Shown here: positions 16,990 through 24,476 of the stretch, in pieces | Numbering within the stretch: position 1 is the first letter of the stretch | Layout: the number at the start of each line of letters is the position of its first letter | Origin: Anaeromyxobacter dehalogenans | Lineage (GTDB): Bacteria; Myxococcota_A; UBA9042; DTJE01 | Direction of reading: 5' to 3' | DNA: 26,266 nucleotides | Assembly: GCA_020722625.1 (NCBI GenBank) | Contig: DYKK01000002.1 | Location: forward strand, 1-26,266 | The notes under the pieces: generated by a model | The model's database searches: none | What the model saw: only the letters and a program-made list of their open reading frames with translations | What the model was told of the DNA's origin: nothing | Made by a program: the position numbers and the translations under genes

Positions 16990-17547
16990 ATGAAACGATA
17001 CGCTGGAGCAGTCTTGTGGGTGGTGGCGGTGGCCTGCGTGCGTCCGCCGGCGGTCGTCCTGGTGGACCGCAAGACCGCGCTCGAGGAGCAGGCCGCCGGC
17101 GAGTACCCCGACCAGGAGCGGGCCCTCGAGCAGGCCGGCCTGTCGCCGAGACCCCTCCTGATGACCCGGGGACAGATCGAGGCGGCCGGATCGTCGTCCT
17201 CGTTCGAGACCGTGGTCCGGACCTACCAGTCCCTGCGGACGGACCAGCCCATGGTGGACGCCCTGCTCGTCCGCCGGTGCCTCGGCGAGGGCCTCGACGG
17301 GCTGCTCGCCCAGACGCGCGAGACGTGCGCGGGCGAGGTGGACCCGTCCGTGCTGGGCCCCCTGGTCCAGCGGGTCAACCGGGACCGGCGCCAGTTGTGG
17401 GCCTTCATGATGTCCCGGTCCGGGGGGGCGACCGAGGAGGACGTCCGCCGATCCTGGCGGGAGAAGCACCTTCTGATGGTCGTGTGCGGAGGACAGGTCC
17501 AGCAGGCCGACGGGACGTGGGGGGTGAAACGATGCGACGAGAAATGA
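16990..17547 (+). CDS. Lipoprotein, YdbL/DUF1318-like with YnbE-like lipidated N-terminus
   Basis: Signal peptide with lipobox-like AVAC; VVLVDRKTALEEQ after the Cys; VQRVNRDRRQLW and C-terminal GGQVQQADGTWGVK resemble the DUF1318 N-x-DR and Q-x-x-x-G-x-W-x-x-K motifs; RBS GGAGTAGG. Confidence 0.65.
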   Translation: MKRYAGAVLWVVAVACVRPPAVVLVDRKTALEEQAAGEYPDQERALEQAGLSPRPLLMTRGQIEAAGSSSSFETVVRTYQSLRTDQPMVDALLVRRCLGEGLDGLLAQTRETCAGEVDPSVLGPLVQRVNRDRRQLWAFMMSRSGGATEEDVRRSWREKHLLMVVCGGQVQQADGTWGVKRCDEK

Positions 17548-20500
17548 GGATGTTGCATCGTGAAATGTTCTGGGTCGTGGCGGCGGTCGGGGTCCTGGGA
17601 GGGACAAACGTGGCCGCGGCGCCCGCCCGCGACGAGGTCCGGCGGCCCGTGCGCCTGACCGCCGGGGAGTCCAACCAGTTCATGGGGACCCTGGGGCCGG
17701 ACGGCCGGACCCTCTTCTTCGCGAGTGACCAGGCGGGGACCACCCAGGTCTTCGTGCAGGACGTCCGCGGTGGAGGGCCCAGGCTCCTTCACGATTTCGA
17801 CGCGGACGTGACCTGGCCGAGGCCCTCCCCGGACGGCCGGCTGCTCCTGTTCCTCTACTACCGGGATGACGCGACCGGGGACGCCTGCGTGTCGGACCTC
17901 GACGGGGAGGAGACGCGGTGCCTCACCGGACCCGGGACCGCGGACCTCCAGGCCTTCTGGTTTCCGGACGGGCGTTCGGTCGGGGTCGTGCAGCGGGAGG
18001 GGATCCACGGGGACCTGATCCTGCGGCGCATCCCCCTGTCCGGAGGCCCCGGGGACGTCGTCGTGTCGCGCAGCCTCTCCTCGCCCGCGATCTCGCCGGA
18101 CGGACGGTTCCTCGCGTACATCCCTGTGGACCGGCTGACCGAGGACGTGGGGGTGACCTTCGCCATGCGCGTGGGGTCCGGGATCGAGATCCGCCGCCTG
18201 ACCGAACCGGACGCGAAGGGTACGCTCCCCGCCCCGGTCGCGTACAAGCCCGACCTGCCGGGCGTCAGCGCGTTCCCTGCGTTTTCGGCCGACGGGAAAT
18301 GGCTATATTTCACACAATATCTGAACGATACGAATGGAGACGGGACCCTTGACGGCAACGACCACGGCATCCTGTTCCGCGCGGCCTTCGATGCGTCGGC
18401 CCCGGAGAAGTTGGCGGAGGCCACCCCCGAGCAACTGACGAGCGCCCGCTGGAACTGCCAGTACCCGGCGCCCGCCGTGGACCGGCTCGTGATGACCTGC
18501 TCGTACGAGGGCTCCCTGGACATCTATTCGCTTCCCCTGGAGGGCGCCCTGCCCCGTACTTGGGGGGTGGACCGCATCGAGGCCGAGGTCCGGGCCAGCC
18601 GGGACCACTGGGAGCGGTTGCTCCTCCTGGGACGGGCCGCGGCCCTCGACCCGGACGTCGCGCGCCGCGTCGAGTGGCTGCGCCGGATGGCCCATCTGCA
18701 CCTGGACGTGCGGGAGTTCGCGTCGGCGGTCTTCTACGCCCGGGCCGTGGCGAGGCTCGCGGGCGAGGGAAGCCCGGCGAAGGAGTGGGCGAATGTCCTC
18801 CTCGAGGTCATCCGGCACCGCGAGGCCGAGGGGAAACTGGTGCAGGGACAGCTGAGCGAGCGCTTCATCGAGGGGGAGCGCAAGCGCCTGGAACGCCTGG
18901 CCGCGATGAAGCCCGCAAGCCCTGCGGCCCGAGCCCTCGTCGCCGTCGCGCGTTCCGAGGTCCTCGACGTGCTCGGGGACGAGGCGGGGGCCGCGCAGGC
19001 GATGTCCGAGGTGGACCTCGGGCGCCTGGACGACTGGCAGGGGGTCCTGATGGCGGCGCGCCGGGTCATCGAGCGGGGGTTCTTGACCGGGGACCGCGAG
19101 GGACTGCTGGCCGCCGCCCGCACCCTGAGCGGCCATCCGGCCCTGGACCTGACGGACCGCCTGTTCTTCGCGAACGCCTATGTCGAGACGCTGCTGCGCG
19201 GGGTCGCGGACCGGGACCGGCTTGGGCTCGTCGAGGCCCACCGGACCCGCGCCGGACCCGACACGGAACTCCGCCTGCGCCTCGACCTCGAGCGGTGGCT
19301 CCTCGGGATGGGCCAGCGGGACTCCGAGGAGGTCCGCAAGGGCATCTTCGAGTTGTACCGGGGCGTGAAGGACCTGGAACGGCGCAAGGCCCTGGTCCTG
19401 ACCACGGCCCGGCGCGCTGCGTCCGCGGACGAGGAATACATCCTCTACGAATTCAGCAACTCCTTCGTGTCGTGGCTCAAGCGCGCCGAGCCGGAGCGGC
19501 GCCGCGCGGAGGACCTCTACCGCCTGGTGGTCCTCGAGCGGGCGTACGCGAAGTGGGCGAAGGGAGAGGTCCCCGATGCTCGGGGGCTCTTCTTCGGGGC
19601 CACGCTCCAGAGCGACTGCCTGGAGGCGCACATCGGGGCCGTCGAGACCCGGCTCGCGGAGGGCGGCCGGGACGTGGTCGAGCACTACCGCGAGCGGTAC
19701 GACCCCGACTCTCCCGTCCTCGCGTTCGTCCTGGCGTACCTGGCCGCACGGGACCTCCCCGCCATCCAGGATGCGGCCGCGTTCGAGGCGAAGGCGGCGG
19801 AGGCCCTGCGCTCCCTGCGCGCCGCGGCGGACATCGCACCCAACGCCTTCGAGGTCCATCACCTGTGGGGGTTCCTCGCGCACCAGCGGTTCCTGCGCAC
19901 CGGGGACCCGTCGCAGGCCCAGGAGGCGCACACGCACTATCTACTGGCCCTGGACCTCGCACGGGACAACCCGCGAGCCCTCGCGGCCCTGCACGAGGCG
20001 GAAGCCCTCTTGCAGGCCGAACTCGGCAACCACCCCGGGGCCCTGCGGCACTTCGAGCGGCGGGCGGCCTGGCCGTTTTCGGACCCGGAGGGCGAGGTGG
20101 GGTTCCTGCTGGCGCGGGCCCGGAGCCTGTTCCACGTGGACCGGGACGAGGAGGCGGCCGCGACCGCGGACCGGGCGCTCGCGGTCGTCGAGGCGCACCC
20201 CGACCTCGCGCGGATTCGGGTGGTGGCCGTGGACCGCGCTGCCCTATATCACCTGAGCGCCGGGCACTTCGGGCGGGCGGCGGCGCTGTACGACGAGCGT
20301 CTGCGCGAGACGGACGCGACGGACTCGGCCTGGAACCGGGTCAAGGCCTTCGTGGGGCTCGGGGCCTCGGCGCTCGGGGCCGGCGAGTTCGAGCGGGCGC
20401 TTCAGGCCCTGGCCGGCGCGCGCGAGGCCCTCGCGAAGGCCCCGCCGTTGTCTCCGTCCCCGGGCACGGACCGCAGGCCCCGCACGTTCGATGCCGCGGA

Positions 20501-20996
20501 CTTCGCGAGCCTCGTCGCGGCCCTGCGGGCCCAGGCGTTCGCGGGGCTCGGGCGGATGGCGGAGGCCCGGGCCGAGATGGAGACGCGCCGCCTCGCGGTC
20601 GAGGAGCGGCTGCGGCGACTCAATGTGGACGAGGACCTCCTGGACCTCGCGACCGCGCACCACCTCCTGGCCGGGTACGCCTGGCAGAGCGGGGACCGGG
20701 CCGGCGCGGCCGCGCACGTGGTCGAGGGGTTGCGGGCGGTCCGGGAGTTCGAGGAGCGCACGGGGACCGTGGTCACGGCCATCGGGAATCGGCTCCTCGT
20801 ATCGTACGGCGAGTTGAGGACCGCGGGCGCAGAGGTGGCGGCGGGATTGCCCGCGGACCTGGAAGCCCAGATGCGGCGGGTGTATGAATTCATGGCCGCG
20901 CACCCGAACCCGGCCTGGGAGGAGGACCGCTTCCTGGTCGGGTTGTACCTCGGGATCCTGGGCGCGCGGGCGGAGTCACCACGGAGGTCACCATGA
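17544..20996 (+). CDS. Secreted TolB-like (PD40/WD40-like) beta-propeller protein fused to a long TPR-like helical region
   Basis: Start placed at the ATGA overlap at 17544 (alternatives 17550, 17565); signal peptide FWVVAAVGVLGGTNVAAA. PD40-type repeats GPDGRTLFF, SPDGRLLLF, FPDGRSV, SPDGRFLAY, SADGKWLYF. The Ala/Leu/Arg/Glu-rich C-terminal two-thirds carry TPR-like patterns. Confidence 0.75.
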   Translation: MRMLHREMFWVVAAVGVLGGTNVAAAPARDEVRRPVRLTAGESNQFMGTLGPDGRTLFFASDQAGTTQVFVQDVRGGGPRLLHDFDADVTWPRPSPDGRLLLFLYYRDDATGDACVSDLDGEETRCLTGPGTADLQAFWFPDGRSVGVVQREGIHGDLILRRIPLSGGPGDVVVSRSLSSPAISPDGRFLAYIPVDRLTEDVGVTFAMRVGSGIEIRRLTEPDAKGTLPAPVAYKPDLPGVSAFPAFSADGKWLYFTQYLNDTNGDGTLDGNDHGILFRAAFDASAPEKLAEATPEQLTSARWNCQYPAPAVDRLVMTCSYEGSLDIYSLPLEGALPRTWGVDRIEAEVRASRDHWERLLLLGRAAALDPDVARRVEWLRRMAHLHLDVREFASAVFYARAVARLAGEGSPAKEWANVLLEVIRHREAEGKLVQGQLSERFIEGERKRLERLAAMKPASPAARALVAVARSEVLDVLGDEAGAAQAMSEVDLGRLDDWQGVLMAARRVIERGFLTGDREGLLAAARTLSGHPALDLTDRLFFANAYVETLLRGVADRDRLGLVEAHRTRAGPDTELRLRLDLERWLLGMGQRDSEEVRKGIFELYRGVKDLERRKALVLTTARRAASADEEYILYEFSNSFVSWLKRAEPERRRAEDLYRLVVLERAYAKWAKGEVPDARGLFFGATLQSDCLEAHIGAVETRLAEGGRDVVEHYRERYDPDSPVLAFVLAYLAARDLPAIQDAAAFEAKAAEALRSLRAAADIAPNAFEVHHLWGFLAHQRFLRTGDPSQAQEAHTHYLLALDLARDNPRALAALHEAEALLQAELGNHPGALRHFERRAAWPFSDPEGEVGFLLARARSLFHVDRDEEAAATADRALAVVEAHPDLARIRVVAVDRAALYHLSAGHFGRAAALYDERLRETDATDSAWNRVKAFVGLGASALGAGEFERALQALAGAREALAKAPPLSPSPGTDRRPRTFDAADFASLVAALRAQAFAGLGRMAEARAEMETRRLAVEERLRRLNVDEDLLDLATAHHLLAGYAWQSGDRAGAAAHVVEGLRAVREFEERTGTVVTAIGNRLLVSYGELRTAGAEVAAGLPADLEAQMRRVYEFMAAHPNPAWEEDRFLVGLYLGILGARAESPRRSP

Positions 20997-21496
20997 CGGC
21001 ACGATGGATCGTGGGGGTCGGGGTCGCGGTCGCGATGGGGGGCTGCGGGAACGAACCAGGCGCGGGAACGGATTCCGGGGGCGGGGGAGACACCGGCGGG
21101 ACCGGGGGCGCCTTCGATCCCCTGTATTCCGACTATTTTCAGACCTGTCGGTCCTGTCACATGCCGGGGGCCTGGGGCACCCACACAGGGATCGAGAGGA
21201 CGCTCGACTTCTCCACGGTCGAGACGGCCTACCAGACCCTGACCACGGGGACCGCGAGCGGGCTCGTCGGCAACGACGCGGCGTGCAACGGGGTACGGCT
21301 CGTCGGGTCGTCGTACGAGACGAGCCTCGTGGCCGCGGTCCTGGACGAGAACGTGCACGCGGCCTTCAACGATCCGGACCATCCGGGGTGCGACGCGGAT
21401 GCGATCCCGGACATGACGGTGAAGGTCGGTTTCCCGCCGTCCGGCGCGTTCCTCCAGGCCCTGCGCGACTGGATTGACGCAGGGGCCCCGAGGTGA
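20993..21496 (+). CDS. c-type cytochrome lipoprotein (single CxxCH)
   Basis: Lipobox-like AMGGC; Gly/Thr-rich linker; heme motif CRSCH; C-terminal DWIDAGAP typical of small class I-like cytochrome c domains; RBS GGAGG; ATGA overlap with the upstream gene. Confidence 0.75.
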   Translation: MTARWIVGVGVAVAMGGCGNEPGAGTDSGGGGDTGGTGGAFDPLYSDYFQTCRSCHMPGAWGTHTGIERTLDFSTVETAYQTLTTGTASGLVGNDAACNGVRLVGSSYETSLVAAVLDENVHAAFNDPDHPGCDADAIPDMTVKVGFPPSGAFLQALRDWIDAGAPR

Positions 21497-21547
21497 CCGG
21501 CCGGAAGACCCTGGAGCCGCGGACTTTGGTTCGCGGATGAGTTCCGC

Positions 21548-22864
21548 ATGGCACGAATTCGTCCTTCCCCCGCGACCGGCCCCTGGGACCGGGCGCGCGT
21601 GTGGCTTTGGGACCGGTCGAGAGAGTCCGGGCGATGGCGAGGCGCGGGGGTCCGGGCCCTGCGGGTCGCGTGGCTGTCCATCGAGAACGCCCTGAACAAC
21701 CGCCTGCCCTTCCAGGCCTCGGCCCTGACCTTCGTGACCCTCCTCGGGATGGTCCCGGCCCTGGCGCTCGTGTTCGCGCTCGCCAAGGGATTCGGGTTCG
21801 CCGAGACCCTGCGCGGCCTCCTGGTCGAGAACCTCTCGGACTACCAGCGCGAGATCCTCGAACGCGTCCTGGGATACGTCGAGAACACCCGCGTCGGGAC
21901 GCTCGGCGCGGTGGGCCTCGTCCTCCTGCTCGGGACCATCGTGACCACCATCGCGAGCGTGGAGGACACGTTCAACCACGTGTGGCACGTGCGGGAACAG
22001 CGCCCGTGGGGCCGCCGGGTCACGAACTACCTCTCGGTCCTGGTCGTGGTGCCCTTGCTGGTCGTGGCTGCGGCCGCCACGTGGGCGGGGCTGTCATCGA
22101 ACGCGCTCGTGGCGTGGCTCCAGGAGGTCGCCGTGGTCGGGGACCTGACGCGGCTCGGCCTGAGGCTCGCCCCGGTCCTGGCGCTGTGGGCGGCCTTCTC
22201 GTTCCTGATCACATTCCTGCCGAACACGCGGGTGCCAATGCGATCGGCCCTGGTCGCGGGCCTGGTCGCCGCGGTCCTGTGGTGGGCGGTCCAGACGATC
22301 TACATCCGCTTTCAGGTGGGGGTCGCGAAGTACAACGCGATCTATGGTGGGTTCGCCTCGCTGCCCCTGTTCATGGCGTGGCTCCAGGTCTCCTGGACCA
22401 TCGTCCTGTACGGGGCCGAGGTCGCGCATGCGCACCACCTGTGCGGCACGGGCTATCGCCCGGCGGTCCTGGCCCGGGTCCCGACTCCCTTCGAGACCGA
22501 GGGGCTGGCGGTCTCCCTGATGGAGGTCGTGGCCGGTCGCTTCGACCGGGGCGAGCCGGCGCCCGGGGTCGCGGACCTGGCCCCGGACCTGGGGCTGGAC
22601 CCCGGCGAGGTCGAGGCCCTCGCCGCGCCGCTCGTCGCGCGGGGGCTCCTCGCGCAGGACGGGGAGGGCGGGGGGCTCCGGCCGGGGCGGTCCCTGGACC
22701 ACATCACGCTCGGGGACGTGGTCGCCGCAGTGCACGGCGAGGGACCCGCGGCGGCAGGCGAACCCGCCCGGTCGCGGGCCCTGCTCGAGGCGGCCGAGGA
22801 CGAGCGCCTGCGCCGTCTGGGCCGCGTCACCCTCCAGGACCTGGTCCGGGGGCAGGACGCCTGA
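21548..22864 (+). CDS. YihY/virulence factor BrkB family membrane protein with a C-terminal winged-helix-like extension
   Basis: Motifs ASALTFVTLLGMVP, FNHVWHV, FLPNTRV, KYNAIYGGFASLPLFMAWLQVSWTIVLYGAE are characteristic of YihY. C-terminal part (LAPDLGLDPGEVEAL...LDHITLGDVV) resembles an Rrf2-like HTH. Confidence 0.88.
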   Translation: MARIRPSPATGPWDRARVWLWDRSRESGRWRGAGVRALRVAWLSIENALNNRLPFQASALTFVTLLGMVPALALVFALAKGFGFAETLRGLLVENLSDYQREILERVLGYVENTRVGTLGAVGLVLLLGTIVTTIASVEDTFNHVWHVREQRPWGRRVTNYLSVLVVVPLLVVAAAATWAGLSSNALVAWLQEVAVVGDLTRLGLRLAPVLALWAAFSFLITFLPNTRVPMRSALVAGLVAAVLWWAVQTIYIRFQVGVAKYNAIYGGFASLPLFMAWLQVSWTIVLYGAEVAHAHHLCGTGYRPAVLARVPTPFETEGLAVSLMEVVAGRFDRGEPAPGVADLAPDLGLDPGEVEALAAPLVARGLLAQDGEGGGLRPGRSLDHITLGDVVAAVHGEGPAAAGEPARSRALLEAAEDERLRRLGRVTLQDLVRGQDA

Positions 22865-22876
22865 CGTCCGAAGGGG

Positions 22877-24475
22877 ATGCGTCTGAGCGTGGGCGAACAC
22901 CCTCCCTCACCCGAAGCCGCGGTGACCCCGGTTTCCACGAGCCTCGACCTCGCCGTCCGGGCCGTCGCGATCGGGATCGCGGCGTCCACCCTGTGGCCGT
23001 ACCTGGCCCAGGACGCCCGCTCCCGCCCCGGCGAGACCTTCTCGTGGCTTCTGTCCGCCATCCCGGACCTGTCCAGTTACCTGATGTGGATGGACCAGCA
23101 CCGCGCAGGGGCGTTCCTCGTCGAGAACCGCATGGCCCTGGACGCCGCGGGCCTGGTCCTTCCCAACCCGGTGTGGCTCGCGCTCGGGACCCTGTCCCGG
23201 GTCACCGGCATGGACCTGGTGACCGCGTTCCACGCCGGCCGCGTCGCGCTGGCCGTCGCGTACCTGTGGACCCTGTGGGCCCTGTGCAAGGCCGTGTTGC
23301 AGCAGGCCCGTCTTGCGGTCCTGGCCTTCGGGCTCGCGGCGCTCGGGAGCGGACTCGGGTGGCTCCGCGACGCCGGGGTGCCCGTCGAGACCGCGGACTG
23401 GGTCACGGAGCTGTGGTCCTGTCCGTCCATCCTGTACTTCCCCCACTTCGCCGCGGCCCTCGCGCTCGCGTCCGGCGGGGTCCTGTGCCTGGTCCGGGCG
23501 CACCGGTCGGTCGCGCGGGCTGCGTGCGCGGGGATCGCCTTCCTGCTCCTCGTCTTCGTCCACCCCTACACGGCCGTGACCCTGGCCGTGGCCCTCGTCC
23601 TGTCCCTGGTCGTGTCCGTCCGGCCCGGCGCCCGCGCCGGGGTCCGGGCGGGCTTGATCGCCCTGTCCGGCCTCGTCCTCGGGCTCGCGGGCCTCGGCGC
23701 CTGGACCGTGATGAGCCCCGCGTCCGCGTCGTGGGCCGTGCGCAACGAGATGCCCTCCCCGCCTGCGTGGCAATATCTGCTGGGTCTCGGGGTCCCGGGG
23801 CTGGTGGGCCTGGCCGGCGTCGTCGCGGTCGCGCGCCGTCGCGAGTGGACCCCGGCCACGACCCTGTGCGCGGCGTGGGTCGTCGCGGCCGCGGTCCTGG
23901 CCCATGGGGCTCCCCTGGTCCCCTGGGAACGGCGCGCGGTCGAGGGCGTGCACATCGCCGTGGTCTTGCTCGGGGTGGCCGGGATCGGCCCCTGGCTCCT
24001 CCGAAGGACGCCCCGGACGGCCGCGGTCGTCGTCGCGGCCCTGGTCGCGGCGAGCCTCCCCACGAACGTGACCTTGCTCGTCCACGAGTCCACGGCCTGG
24101 AACCCCGGTCAGGTCCCCTCCGACTGGGGGGCGCTGGTGGACACGGTTCGCCGGCTGCCGGAGCCCCGCACGGTGTTCACCGACGCCCGCCGGGCCATGC
24201 ACCTCGCCGCGTTCGCGGGCGCCCGGGTCTTCGCGGCCCACCCGGAGTTGACCCCGCGCTTCGGCCGCAAAATGAAGGAAATCGAAGACTTCTACGACCC
24301 GGACCGGACCTGGGAGGACCGGGCCCGAGTCGTGCGCGATTCCGGGTGCCGGTACCTGGTCCTCGACCGGGCGGACGCCCGGGCCATGGGCCGTCACGGC
24401 CCGCCTCGCGCCACCCGGGTCGCGACCGGAGAGACGTGGGTCCTCCACGACCTCTCAAGACCCGGGGGGCCGTGA
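22877..24475 (+). CDS. Polytopic membrane protein, putative GT-C fold glycosyltransferase
   Basis: About 11-12 hydrophobic segments; early extracytoplasmic loop with acidic motif PDLSSYLMWMDQ; FVHPYT motif; soluble C-terminal domain. Start uncertain (ATG 22877 or GTG 22922). Confidence 0.5.
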   Translation: MRLSVGEHPPSPEAAVTPVSTSLDLAVRAVAIGIAASTLWPYLAQDARSRPGETFSWLLSAIPDLSSYLMWMDQHRAGAFLVENRMALDAAGLVLPNPVWLALGTLSRVTGMDLVTAFHAGRVALAVAYLWTLWALCKAVLQQARLAVLAFGLAALGSGLGWLRDAGVPVETADWVTELWSCPSILYFPHFAAALALASGGVLCLVRAHRSVARAACAGIAFLLLVFVHPYTAVTLAVALVLSLVVSVRPGARAGVRAGLIALSGLVLGLAGLGAWTVMSPASASWAVRNEMPSPPAWQYLLGLGVPGLVGLAGVVAVARRREWTPATTLCAAWVVAAAVLAHGAPLVPWERRAVEGVHIAVVLLGVAGIGPWLLRRTPRTAAVVVAALVAASLPTNVTLLVHESTAWNPGQVPSDWGALVDTVRRLPEPRTVFTDARRAMHLAAFAGARVFAAHPELTPRFGRKMKEIEDFYDPDRTWEDRARVVRDSGCRYLVLDRADARAMGRHGPPRATRVATGETWVLHDLSRPGGP

Positions 24476-24476
24476 G

